Below, piece by piece: positions 25,423 through 38,990 of a stretch of 64,000 nucleotides of DNA. The stretch spans positions 9,920,001-9,984,000 of the forward strand of contig OZ176055.1 of assembly GCA_964247055.1 (NCBI GenBank). Reading direction: 5' to 3'. A model generated the notes under the pieces. That model worked only from the letters and a program-made list of their open reading frames with translations, was not told the DNA's origin and searched no databases. Every line of letters begins with the position of its first letter. The stretch's first letter is position 1. Source of the DNA: Paragordius varius (Eukaryota; Animalia; Nematomorpha). A program made the position numbers and the translations under genes.

Positions 25423-26864
25423 TTAAGTGTTTCTACACTCCTTGACAATATCTATGGGTAGGAATTCTTTAATCTGTTCATAAACGTCTTTCAATTCGCA
25501 CGTGTCTCCACAACTTCCTGCATTAAATAATTCCAGTTCTCCGCGTTCATTTGTCATTTGATAGAAATCGACGTAAAAACGCATAAAATTGTTTCGTTTA
25601 ATGTTGAATACGAAAAGGTTAGGACCAAAGTAGACCTTATTTTCTATATTATTTATTTTCCCATTCAAAAAATCTGAGATTTTAGATATTGGCTTGTTAG
25701 AGTTCTCATCAGGGCGTTCATCTTTTTTAGCAAAACCGTGTTGAAGTAAAGTCCGAAAAGCATACATTGAATACCAAGGAAGTCCATAGAAATAAAGGTC
25801 TGGCAAGGCGTGTTGTAAAAAATAGCCTTGCGCCATGGCTGTCCGTTCAACCTTCAATTTTTCTCGAACTAAATAAATGATTCGGTTAAATAGCGGACCA
25901 ATCGATAGCTTGAGATGTTCGGTTTCATTATATACGGCGGGTAAAATAACGTGAGTATACAAGGCTTGTAATTTAATCAACAATTCATTTTGCGCAGATT
26001 TTACAGAATCAACATCATCAATATTGTTTGTTTGAATCAATTGGTTTAAACTAAATATATCGAGCGGGTCAATATGTTTTGCTTGCAGACTATCCATAAA
26101 ACTTTCTTTACTTTTTACAAGCTTGTAATAATCGCTGGCAATTAATTGTTTTTGGAGTATTGCTCCAAATTTTGGGCAAGCTTGTCCCCCACCCAACAAA
26201 TAATCTTGAGGCAAAAGCCGTGTTTTTGGCGATATTGTATTATAAGATTTTTCCTTCGTAGAGTCCTCCAATTTTTGTCCAAAGAAAAACCCTTCTGCCA
26301 AATGATGAGCACTCTCAATATATTGTGGATCCGCGGGGACTCGAAAGTTAATAAGGTCTCCAAACGTGTCCATAAACACTTTAATGGTCTCTTTGGTGAA
26401 GGGATGTTGCAATTTGTTTGAACTGCCTAAACCAACATGGTATTGAAATGAATCAGAATCGATATTTTCAGGTTTGCGGCTTGAAAATTTAATATTCTCA
26501 GAGTTGATGTTAGAAAAAAGAGATTTATTTGTAGTGATTTCATAAAGTTCTGTTAACACGTTGCCCAATTGTTCCATTTGAGCCTTGCCTTTTTGACTAA
26601 GATGACATTCGGCTTGAGGAGATGTGACCAAATCAGCTGATTTACATTCCCCCGCCGTAAATAGGACAAAACTCATTATAACATCCTCGACAACTATATA
26701 TATATGGTTGACAAATTTATATTTAAAAAAATATTTTTTGATAAATTAAGTACAAAAAATATAAAATGTTTGATACCTTTTAATTTAGATTCCATTTTTA
26801 TTGTTTGAACCGTATTGCTGATGATAATTAATGTTAATATCATATAAAATTTGGTTGATTGCAT
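25423..26864 (-). CDS. Secreted histidine acid phosphatase-like protein lacking the catalytic RHGxRxP motif (452 aa model)
   Basis: Exon 26777-26864 encodes a signal-peptide-like segment (MQSTKFYMILTLIIISNTVQT) and joins in phase to the long exon 25423-26693. The segments LSQKGKAQMEQLGNVL, YIESAHHLAEGFF and ACPKFG resemble acid phosphatase (recognised by eye). Confidence 0.65.
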
Positions 26865-27186
26865 ATTGAATAACACAACGGTTTCGTCGGCAAATGTATG
26901 AATTTTATAAAAATATAGAAGCAAAAATTATATTTTATTTTGAATAAATGGTAAAATATGCTTTTTCATGCATAGCTCTATCCCTAACACTAGTTGCCGT
27001 ATAGAAAACAAAACAGAGTAGAAATTAAAGGACAAACAATGCTAAATTATGTCACTTGGTAAGAGAAACAGCCTAGATATCATAACGTAACTTTTAGGAA
27101 AAAAGTGAAATTAGATAAAAAAATGTGAAACACATAAAAATGAAAAAATATAATTGAATTTATAAAAAAAGTTGTCATGTCTTTAT

Positions 27187-29292
27187 TCATTTAAATTCTT
27201 CCAATTTTTCAAAAAAGACTTCCACAAATCTTCGATAAACTTTTTCGGGTGTGTGAAATAGTTTGGATAATTCGCCAAAATTCTAAAAATAATATAATAA
27301 TATAGGTTTTTGGACTTATATTAAAATTATATTAACAGGTGTAGTCATAAGTCTTTACCGGCTTTTTTGGTAACACATAATTTTGAAAGGAAATGTATTC
27401 CTTATTCAAAATGTCCATCAACTTCTATACATTTCGCCCATATCTCAGGTAATATATGAATGCCTTGCAAGAAAAACTGATATCTTTCACGACAGTCCAT
27501 TCGTCGAGACATTTTCCAACGTCTCCGATTGAAGCATGCTCTGTGAGCGTGTCTCCTATTTATGCGAACAAGTTAGGAATAGATGGCCCTAGGTCAGGAG
27601 AATAAGACAAATGCGGAAGATCCCATCATGATTTTAAGGTGTTAATACTAGTCCTGTGAGAGCTTGCTATGTAGCCAAATCATTTTGCCCTAACCTATTA
27701 AGGTCGTTTCTCAATTGTATAGTTTTTAATCATTTGTTGACGATTACTTTGTGTATTAACGATGGTTTCACATAATAACATACCGCACATCTCTCAGCCG
27801 TAGAGCATGGTAGCCGAGCGATTTGGCCTTAGTGATTAAAGTCGGCTGGCAAGGTGAAAGCCACTTCGCCAAGGATCTACAAAATCGCACTTCTCATCAC
27901 CCGTCACAATTAAATGCAAAAATCACTTAATGCTGAAGCATTTTACCAGTCACTTTGCGATTGATATGACATATATTAGAGACCCACATACCGAGTTTAT
28001 TGGTATTTCCTTTTGTTCGCAGACGACTGCAAATTGTGTTATGTGGTACATTAATCTGCTATATGCCGTTGATTTTGAGTTGAGTCATCTAAAAAATGTT
28101 CACTTGATCGTCTTGGAAGTTATAAAGTGTACCATCGCTCACTCTCATTCTCATCGTATTAACAACTTTTGAATTTTTGAAATTATGCTTAATTTAAATC
28201 AATGGAAAATGTTTATATTAAAAAGGGGTTATGTGTCAAATTAATCGTCTACGTATACTTTTCGCTGATGCCTTCTCTTAGTTCAACCGCTAATGACTTA
28301 TAACCACCCCTGGTATAAATTTGATAAATCATACATTTTTAAGATTGTCGGATTCTTTCAAAACGACAACTACGGAATAAGCTAGGGAGGCCTGGAACAT
28401 TGCATTGTATTCGTATATTAATCGCTTATGCTTATTTTTTCTAATATAGTAAAATATTTATAAAATTATTAATATCAATTGGGCATAATATTTTTTATAT
28501 TACATTTGCCAAATCTCTTCCTCGTCCGGTAAGAATAAATCGTAAATATAAGCCCAAAACGATTTATAATCCAAAATATAAATATCTAAAATTTCGGTTG
28601 CCGGGCGCAATATATCTTTTGAAGTTGAAATTAAATTTAAGGTTTCTACCATAATTATGCTATATCTTTACGGAAATAGGCTATTATAAGCTCCAAACAC
28701 GTATAAATATTTGGAATATCTAATTTGTAATCTAAAAGTTTCAAGGCTCTCAATTCCGAATTTATGAGAGCTTTGAAATTATAATCGTGATTATTTTGGA
28801 ATAAATATTGTTTGGCAGTTTCTGCGGTTACCATCTAATCATATGACAAATTATAATTTTTATACATTCTCATCGTAAGATAAATATTTGCTGGCTAATT
28901 CTATTGAGGTTAGGCATCTCAGGAGCAATTGTTTGTTCAAGCGATTTAAAATGAGTTTTTTATCTTCATCGGAAAATTCTTGATTTTTTTCTTGCAAAGT
29001 TTTGAGCAGTCGTGTCATAAACCTAAAATTTTTAAAGTGCGCATTTGATACCGATCAAATATTTCAATGGCCAGATATTTGACATCACATCCTTGCATTA
29101 ATACATCACATAAATGGAAAATGCAAGCGATTGATTTCGGTGTTTTGAAATAAGTCTAAAAAATTGATTTATTTTTAAAATAAATACTTTTTCATAAGCT
29201 TTGGCCCAAACTTTGCACTTTTCATTTTGCAAGAAAAAGAAATCTTCAATCATACTTGGAGAAAATTCAAAGCTTTTTCCATCTTCATACAT
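27187..29292 (-). CDS. CNTD1: Cyclin N-terminal domain-containing protein 1 (COSA-1/CNTD1, meiotic crossover factor), 290 aa model
   Basis: Exons 29188-29292, 29052-29155, 28866-29022, 28672-28834, 28504-28645, 28335-28440 and 27187-27282 (873 nt). Motifs YLAIEIFDRFM, LRCLTSIELASK and SELRALKLLDYKL. Confidence 0.85.
27335..28313 (-). mobile_element. Decayed mariner element in the last CNTD1 intron
   Basis: Imperfect TIR of about 30 bp (acaggtgtagtcataagtc / gacttataaccacccctgg) with TA on both sides. The remnant HL-SYSPDLGPS...LDEW...LPEIWAKC matches the mariner C-terminus. Confidence 0.88.
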
Positions 29293-29593
29293 GGTTGTTG
29301 GAATCGTCTGCCCTTATCATTCATACCTATTGTGCGCAGAAGATTACTTAAAAATTTTTTAGGCCATCTCAAAAACTTATTTTAAACTTTCAAATAAATT
29401 TTAAATCTCAAAAATTTGGATAGTATGAGTAAAAAAATCCTTATTTTCTCACAAATACTTAATCCAATAATGAGTAAATGGCATAACAATCAATATAGAT
29501 AACGTTATTAACAAAAATATATCAGTTAATTTCTCGATAATGTTGTTTTTATAATTTAAACTTTTTAAGATATAAATAAATATCTTATCTTTC

Positions 29594-32500
29594 ATGAATT
29601 TTTTCCAATGTCATCTAATCCTTTTATTAACTCTTGTGCATAATTTTGAATTCGTGGTTGGATCGGGTAAGGCAAACAAAGTTTTATATATTTTTGAAAA
29701 AATTTAAACTTTATATTTATAGAAGATGTGGAATTCAATGAAACCATCAGACATCTGTTGGAGAAGAAATACAATGTTTCCTTAATAAGGCGCGAACCCT
29801 ATATTTCGTTGGGTCAGTTTAATTTTATCGCCATATTTGATTTAAATTGGATTTTTATGAAAATGGGTAATAATTTATTTTATGAAGCCAGAAAACATTT
29901 TGACATTAAACCGGTTTTTTGTTTTATTGTTGAGGCTAGTTTGATAGCAATACTAATTTTATTAATTTTAAAAATATATTATTATTAATTTATGGTTAGG
30001 AGGTATGATAAAAACTCTATGAATAATTTGACTATTACCCATTTTAAAAAAAATACAGTTTTTGTGAGAATATATAGATTGGAGTTGGACCCGAATATTA
30101 ATTTAAGATACAAGCTATTATTTAAAATTATAACCTGTAAATAATGGTTTATAGCATAATATAATCTTCGTCCATAATTATTAACAAAATTAATGTAAAA
30201 TAGAAAAATGTTTTATTTCAACCATGTTTTGTAAATACCATACATTACTGTATTTAAAAAGCCGTTTATTGAAAATATAAGTTCTAGGTAAAAAATTTTG
30301 TATTATATCAATTTCAGAAAATTATTTAATATCATAGTTGAGACTATATTTTTTGTTAGCTAAACTGTATAATTGCCCGAATAACAGTGAGAGGTGCAAA
30401 GGTTGTGGATTTTGGCATTATGAAGAAATTGATCATTGCGATTTGTGCATTTGCGATGGTAAGGATTTATAAATGCACTTTTTTAAATACATCTAAAGAT
30501 ATTATTTTAAAAGACTTTATTTTTTAAAAGAGAATTATTATTATTACTTATGGCAATTAGATTTGTCGGTACAACCAGCATTTTCCAAACCCAAAGAGAA
30601 ACCCAAACGACCAATCCCACACATATCAAATCGTAAGTGAATTTGATTATATATTGAAAATTAAGAAATCAATTTAAAAAAACCTAATATGAATATATAT
30701 TTTACATTTAATCTAACAATGTTCTAGAAACTATGGCACAATTAGATGAAATGCAAAACATGCCAGCTAATAAACCTAAAGGTAACGTAACAATGTTCAA
30801 ATTAAACTTTTATTAATAATTTAAATTTGCATATTTTTAGGTGATGAAGTCCTTTTTATGAGCTCCGGAGACAAAAAACCGACAGCAAGTAAGTGTCATA
30901 AAATTCTAATACAATATTTTTTCAATAAATATATCAGTAAAAATTGAAAACATAAACGCGTAAAAGACAAACATACAGTGAAATTTAAAATTATACGGGC
31001 AAAACCTAAAAATATAAACACAAATGTTTTTTTCTAAAAAACAACCATATTTTTTTAAACATTTTTAAAATATTGTTTTAAAATGCAAAATATAAAATTG
31101 ATATGTATATTGAATATACAATCAATATATATTTTACAATTATGATTATGATTTATTTGAGAAAAATAAAGGTTTATATCAGTATCTTTTAGAAAAAAAT
31201 ATTTGTCTCTATATTTTTACTTTTTGTCCGTATAATTTCAGTTTTAACTGTATTTTTTGTAAAAAACGACTATACTTTATCATGCCTTATTTATTTACAA
31301 TCCTAAAATATATAATATTCGAGTATGTTACCAATTTACATTTCTATTCTTTTATTTGCAATCCAAAAATAAGTTTATTGAAGAAATTAATATTTATAAA
31401 TATGGTTGTCTTTAAGAAAAAAATATTTGTCTATAAGTTCTTTTGTTTTGTCCGTATAAAATCACTTATATTATTAATCCTTTTTTAATTAATTATAGAT
31501 GAATCGAATCAAATTACGCACCAAAATATTACGAATTATTACAACAATATAAATTCTGGCCGGGTAGCAGCCTTACCTCAAGAACATGAATACTTTTTGT
31601 CGGTCAATACGAATCATAGCACTAAAATGCGTATTCGCATGAGTTTTATACGCATTACGCGTAACAGTAAAAAAATATTATTTTATTAATTTTATACAAC
31701 AATTTTGATTGAGCAAAGATGAATTTTATTAATTTGATAATTTAATTTTATTTTTATTTAATTTAGGCTGTAACATGACAGTTTTTGTGGAATGCATGAA
31801 AGAATGTCACAAAGCCGAAAATTGCGACAAATGCCTTTGTTCAGGTTACTCTTTCCCTACATTGTCTCTTTTAACTTATTTATTTTATGAAACTAGAAAA
31901 AATATTTTTGAGTTATAAAAGAACTAAAACTAGCTTATTAAGGCTTATATTGATTTACAAGTCATTCAATGTTAAATCAACTGGTTTTTATGAAATATTA
32001 CAAAAAGTATATAAATAAAAGTTTTGAGGGCAAAATTTTTTAACAAAAAGCTATCAAGTTATCGTTATACCGCAAACCAAATTATCAAGATCTTTTATGA
32101 AAAGTTTCTAATATATTTATATTTTGCCATTAAACCTTTCAAATTCAAGGTGTTTGTGATCTAAATTCACTTAGATATTGCGACAAATATCTTTGAATTA
32201 TTTAAGCCAGGGGTCCAACACAAATGGCTTCGAGGGTCGCATTCGAAATATATATGGGCATTCATAAGGAATTTATTAGATCTGAATATACTGGAGAATT
32301 TAAAAACAATATTGTTTTCTAATTCTTGCCGATTGGATAGACGTATTTAGAAAAATTGTTTCAATTTTATCAAAATTGTGAGCATTTTTTATAATTTATA
32401 GATATCCAAATTTTTCGCCACACAAAGTCTCCCCAAAGTCTATTTAGTAAATTTAAAAAAATATTTTGTTTTAAACCAAAAAAATAGAGTAGCATTCGAA

Positions 32501-33040
32501 TAAAATATAACCCTAACCAATATTAAATATTTTATTTTGAATTAGCTTTATTTAGCGTAGATACAGATGGTTCATTTTAGGATAAATTTAAAATGTTTAA
32601 AGGTGAATTCAAAAGTAAAATTTAGAATGTTTAAGGGTATAAAGTTTTACGGTTAAAAATAAGGGTTAATTTTACAACGCGCATAAAATTATGGTCATTG
32701 TTATAGGCATACATAATGTACATATCGATTTATCATTGCAAATTTTTTTGATATTTCCTAAATTTATCTATCGAGAAAACTTTCCAAATAAATGTAATCT
32801 CGTGGTTAACAAAATAATTCAACAAAATCTTTATGAAAAATAATGAAAAAATAGCTTTTGAATATTAAAATTGGTGAATTGTAATATATACATTTATTCA
32901 CATAAAAATATATAGATGAATATAAAATTTTGAAATGCATGGGAGTGAAGTGCGATGATTTCAACACGGAAGGACAAAATAGCCAATGCACTTGTAAACC
33001 ATATCTATCCCTCAACATCAAAAGATTCTTTAAACATTAA
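29594..33040 (+). CDS. Secreted cysteine-rich orphan protein (256 aa model)
   Basis: Exons 29594-29666, 29723-29812, 30360-30458, 30561-30632, 30728-30781, 30841-30888, 31499-31630, 31767-31844 and 32916-33040. All introns are phase-1 GT-AG and the total is 771 nt. Hydrophobic N-terminus. Confidence 0.72.
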
Positions 33041-35702
33041 ACCAATCAATCAACTCCTATATATAAAAAATTGAAATATAGAATATATAAATAAATGCTT
33101 GAGATTTTTGAAAGATTCAGACGGCTTTGATAAGCTTTTTGTGACATTTCCAATGCAACAATTTAGTGGGTTCTACCATTTCTGGTGCTAAATTGATACA
33201 TTGTTCAAACAAATTTTTTCATCATTTTAATGTGTATTAAAATGCAAATACCTCTCATTGTTAGTACAATGTATCTAAGCTATCAAATCTGTAAATTTTA
33301 AAAAAAGTATTTTATAAAATCGTTTTAAATATAAAAAGTATTCAGACTGCAATTGGCATGCGATCTCATATAAATATAAATTGCAACAGTGGGTTCTGCC
33401 ATTTCTGGCGCTGTGCAATCTATATTCTCGTTATAATTTATCATCATTAAATATAAAAAAGAATATTACCTCTAATGAATTAATCGGGTTTTGTGAAGAC
33501 ATCTATATACAAATCAACCAGAATATAAATTAAATATAAAGTATATACGGAGTAATTGATATTATATATGTAGCTTATCTAATATTTCTCGTAAAACGAT
33601 AATATTCAAATGACTACAATAGGAAGTAATTTGTGAAAACATACTTTTAAACGGGAAAGGAAAAATACTTGATATTGTGAATCAGATGTTATTTTATATA
33701 ACAGCTCCAGATGATACATATATTTTAATAGTTTTATTACATTAACACTTCGATTTAAATTGGGTTATCTAAATACCACCCTTCACATTTTCTAAGTTAA
33801 GTTTTTAAAAAAACTACTGAAAAAAGGTCCCAATTTATGCTTCTATCATAATAAAAAGTATATAAATAAGCCGAAATATTTAAATTAAATTTTGTTTTTT
33901 AAAAAACATATTAAACTATTTGGACGCCATAGTTGTTTTATCTGCAAAATATCGTTATTTAAAACTTGGATACAACACTCATTTCAGTCCTTCAATTCAA
34001 ATTGGGGAGAAGCCCAGTCTTGTTAAACTAAATATTTTTAAAAAAAAATAAATTGGAACCATGGCAAAGGTTTGCACTTTCTTAACAATAATGAACAAAA
34101 ATATAATAAAAAATTTCTTTAAAAAATTATATAATAACAAGTAAACCCCAAGGTAAAAATTTAGTCATTATGACATGTGTCAAGCTTAATATAATATGCA
34201 AGATATGCCACTTTGTTTTATATCAAGGGTAAATGTGAGTTAAATTAAAATAAAAATTTAATATTAGGCTTACAATCAAATAACCACCATATTTTGTAAA
34301 AATGTTTAACATTAAAATGGCGTTCAGTGAGTTTGATACGGTTTTTTTCCAAAACTAAATTTTATTTAGATATTCCGGCTTATTTAATTATTATGATAGA
34401 TGCATAAATTTAAATTGTATTTTCTGTAGTTTTTTAGAATAACACTTAAATATAGTTTGGAGTATTTAGATACCTCAAATTGAGAAATGTTGATTTAAAG
34501 CTAAAATTTAAGTTAGTTTTTAATCAAAGCTCATTTCTCATTAATAAGAACAGTTTATTTTTCTTTTACCATAAATAAGTAACATCAATTTAAATATTTA
34601 TTTTTTTATATCGGTTCATTAATTCTATATAAGTGCAAACATTTGGAATGGTTTCCATTTATTCCATATTTTTTGTAAGTATTTAATTAACAAACCTTAC
34701 GTATCAAACGAGCCCAATTTAAATCAAAGGACTGAAATGAATGTGTTGAATCCAAGTGTTAAATCAGTTAATTTGAAATAAATAAACGGAATTTGCAAAT
34801 TTATAATGGCATTTCATAATTTTTCTTTTTCCTCCTGGTTGACATATATGGATAGTATAACCCATGGATCAACTATTTAAATAATAATCTACTGTCCTGA
34901 AAGTTATGGATAATTTATTATAAAATGTTGTTCATATGCATTACAGAGTACAAAAAATATAACCTGTTGAAATATTTATATATATCATGATGGGAAAATA
35001 TATCATGATTATCACGGTGCTTTATGCTTTGGGCCTTACGAGGGATATAATAAAGCTATTTACACTTTTGTTGTAAGTTCTCCATACCAGAAAATGGCAA
35101 AATTTGCCTATATTTTTAAACCGGGAAAGCTAAATGGTTTATTCTAAATAATATCACTAAAATATCTCATAAACTACCTATAAAAAGCAAAATAATATTT
35201 TTTAAAAATTTAGGTTTTGGATGTCGGCTCAGAAAGCCCTTTTCAATCTTCTTAATGGACTAGTTTTCTTCAAAACAACGAGAAAAATGCCGGGAGCGCG
35301 CGTTAAAAACAAAATATATGCTAAATTATCAACTAAAAATATTTTTTAAGCCTTTTTACAAAATTTTTTGAGCAAAATTTTGCAGCATCCTCCATGCTAG
35401 TTTGAGCCATGAAATTATTTAGGATGATTAAAATATTATTTACACCATCAAGAAATATTATCTTTCAGCCGCAGGCTTATGTCTAAAAGTTGGAGATCTC
35501 TTCATTAAAATCATGAAAAAAACTGTAAAATTTGTTTCTGTTCAAATTCTTGCGATTGATAGGGTCAATCAGTAATTGTTTTTGGGCATATATATATTTC
35601 TAAGGTCATTTAACAGTGTTTTTATTATTTTTTCTAAATTATTTATTAACTACAATATAATAATGTTATTTTATAAATATTATACGGTAATCTATATATT
35701 TA

Positions 35703-36300
35703 TCTTTGTGATCTGGTACAGGAAAACCGGTGAACCCAATCAAATCCAAACATTGAAAAAATATAATCTTTAATGAATGCCCCGACAATAGCTTCGCCCT
35801 TTTTTTCAAATAGGCCCCCAGTTCGGGCCCACCCCGTGTGAAAAACGGTTTTTTTTTGAAAACAGAAGTCCACAAAAATCGTGTCTTTGAGACAATTTTC
35901 CGGAGAACGTGTTGGACCATTCAATTTTAAATATGATTTTTGTTTACTTATTTTTGATCGCGCTGAACATAGTCGACTAACTTTTTTGATTTAGGCCTTC
36001 TTTTTACCCGCTACCAAAAATTCCATTTTTTTCAAAAAAAACAAAGTCCACAAAAATAATTTTTTGATTGTACTTTTTTGCCCAAGGTATGAGACTGTAA
36101 AAATTCGAGAAGGATTTTTCGTATTGCCTGTTAAAAGGCAAAAATTTTAGTCAAGCGTTTCTTTGATGATAGCTGCTGAGTAAGGAGCTACTCGCTAAAA
36201 ACTGATTCCTCATGTAACTTTGTGATCTGGTACCGGAAAACCGGTAGACTCATTAAAATCCGAACTTCGAGACCCCCCCCCCTACGCAGCATTACGCTAG
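35703..36300 (+). mobile_element. Non-autonomous Helitron (short copy)
   Basis: A|TC...CTAG|T termini. Starts a second internal repeat unit (tttgtgatctggtacc) at about 36219. Confidence 0.75.
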
Positions 36301-37879
36301 TATATATATACATATAATAGAATTTATGCAGATTCCAACTTTTCATTAATTAAAAGTTTTCATGCTTAATGTAAATTAATTAAGATGTGGAAACCTATTG
36401 GATTTTATATTAAAAATTGAACCCTATCAACACTTTATAACCTTTTTATTTTTTTAATGAATGACATTTTGGGGTAGTTTTTACTCCATATCTTAAAGTA
36501 ATAACCTTACTACTATTTTGAAAGTTGTTTTGAAAATATTAAATCTTCTCCAGTTAAAAAACCTTACAGTTTCCTCAAATTTTTGACTTCAACAGTCTCA
36601 AATTCATAACTCCAAAATCGAAACAAACAGCTGTTAAAATCGATATTAAAAATTTGCTGGTAATTTATAATTTAAAAGCTTTCCAAAGTTATCAAAAATG
36701 TTTCAAGAAATAATGCCAAGTTTGAGATGATGATTTTTTTACAATTTTCATTGTTTTATTTTCTTGTATCATGCGCCTAAAAGGCTAAAGAAAGCATGTA
36801 TTTAAATTTGGACATAAATATTCAAGATATTATTTATATTTTAAATGACCTTTTGGGGTGAATAAGCACAAAAGATTATTAGATTAATACGCATATGTAG
36901 GAAACATTTTTAAAAAGGAGAATAAATTCATGAAAATTTAAAATATAATTAATTTTGAATAGTAAAGCATTTTCTTAATGACTATATTTTAATACTTTTA
37001 AAAAATTTAACATTTTACAATGACAGGGTAATTTGAGTTCATAAAGGTATAAGGGAAATTTTGCCATATTTTTCAGTCAAATAAAACCCAAAATTCATTG
37101 TATCCTATGCATATAATATCTTATGTTTATTATTATAATAAAAAAACTAATTTTTTGATATAATTTATTTTTAAGCCGCCTCTAAATTAAAGGTTATATT
37201 ATAGTCTCTTTTAAAAATACATATTAAATAGGATTCATGGGGATACTATCCTATATATTTCAGTTATTAATAGATGTTAAAAAAATTTGTACGTATAAAA
37301 AAATTGGTCGTATAAAATTTTGTCCGTATATAAAAAATATTTAGCCCGTATAAAATTTTTTAATCTTTGATTTTAACAATATGTCTGTTAGAATATAATT
37401 TGTCCGTTAGTTTATAATTTTAGTCTAAAAAATTCCAATATTTACTGCATAATAAATTGGGATCTTTTTATATAACTAGAGTAAAAATTGAAGTTATACG
37501 GACAAAAGGTAAAAATATAAAGATAAATCTCACACTAAAGGTATCGTTCTTTGAACACATTGTTAGTTCCTAAAACTTAAAATATTATCTAATGGGAAGT
37601 AAAGTGGAAGGCGAAAGAAAGTGCGGACGTTGCCATATGTGCTCGGCGAATCTAACTCAGAACACAAACCTTATATGTCTCAGTTATAACAGAGCGAATT
37701 TGCGCGAAATTATCTGGGAAAAATCTATAAATCGACAACGACTTTAGCTTCATTCAATACATTTTTTTCCAAAAGAGAACCATACTTTTCGAATCTGATT
37801 TTTTCAAAATATAACTCGAGAGATTAAAATGACAATCAATGTATTTTACAATTGTATATAAATAATTTTTATAGGATAA

Positions 37880-38990
37880 CTAGCGAAAATCTCGTGCTGC
37901 TACGCAGCCCGAGGAAGTCCTTCGGACTTCTGGGGGGGGGGGGGGGGTTCGAAGTTTTGATTTGAATGGTTCTACCGGTTTTCCGGTAGCAGATCACAAA
38001 GTTACTTGAGGAATCAGTTTTTAGCGGGTAGCTCCTTACCCAGCAGCTATCATCAAAGAAACACCTGACTAAAATTTTTGCCTTTTAACAGGCAATACGA
38101 ATAATCCTTCTCGAATTTTTACAGTCTCATATCTTAGGCAAAAAAATACAATCAAAAAATTATTTTTGTGGACTTTGTTTTTTTTGGAAAAAATGGCATT
38201 TTACGGGGGTAGCGGGTAAAACGAGGGCCTAAATCAAAAAAGTGAGTCGACTATGTTCAGCGCGATGAAAAATCAGTAAACAAAAATTATATTTGAATTT
38301 GAATGGTCCAACACGTTCTCCAAAAAACTGACTTAACCCATTTTTCACTAATTCCAAAAAAGGGCGAAGCTATTGTCGGGGCATTCAATGATTAAATTTT
38401 TTCGATGTTTGGATTTGAATGGGTTCACTGGTTTTCCGGAAACAGATCACAAAGTTTCATGAGAAATCAGTTTTTAGCGGGTAGCTCCTTACCCAGCAGC
38501 TATCATCAAAGAAACACCTGACTCAAAATTTTAACAGGGAATACGTGGAATCCATATTGAATTTTTACAGTCTCATACCTAGGGCGAAAAATACAATCAA
38601 AAAATTATTTTTGTGGACTTTGTTTTTTGAAAAAGATGTCATTTTACGGGGGTAGCGAGTAAAAAGAGGGCCTAAATCAAAAACTCGACTATGTTCGGCC
38701 CAATCGAAAATAAGTAAATAAGAATCATATTAGAAATTGAATGGTCGAACACGTTCTCCAGAAAATTGTCTCAAAGACACGATTTTTGTGATCTTCTATT
38801 TACAAAAAAACCGTTTTTCACACGGGGTGGGCCCGAACTGGGGGCCTATTTCAAAAAAAGGGCGAAACTATTGTCGGGGCATTCATTAATGATTATATTT
38901 TTTCGAAGTTTGGATTTGAATGGGTCTACCGTTTTTCCTGTACCAGATCACAAAGCCAGCATTTTCCATTTTTATAAATATATAGGTTAG
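37880..38990 (-). mobile_element. Non-autonomous Helitron with two internal tandem units of about 480 bp, inserted in a MITE
   Basis: Minus-strand 3' hairpins gaagtcc-gaa-ggacttc and ctcgggctgc-gta-gcagcacgag are followed by CTAG|T. The gatcacaaag unit recurs three times. The element is absent from the paralogous MITE at 45761-46248. Confidence 0.85.

Noticed and set aside
32147-32200. Possible alternative terminal exon GVCDLNSLRYCDKYL* of the Cys-rich gene
   Set aside because: It is phase-compatible, but the exon at 32916 gives a fuller Cys module. Cannot be resolved without RNA data.
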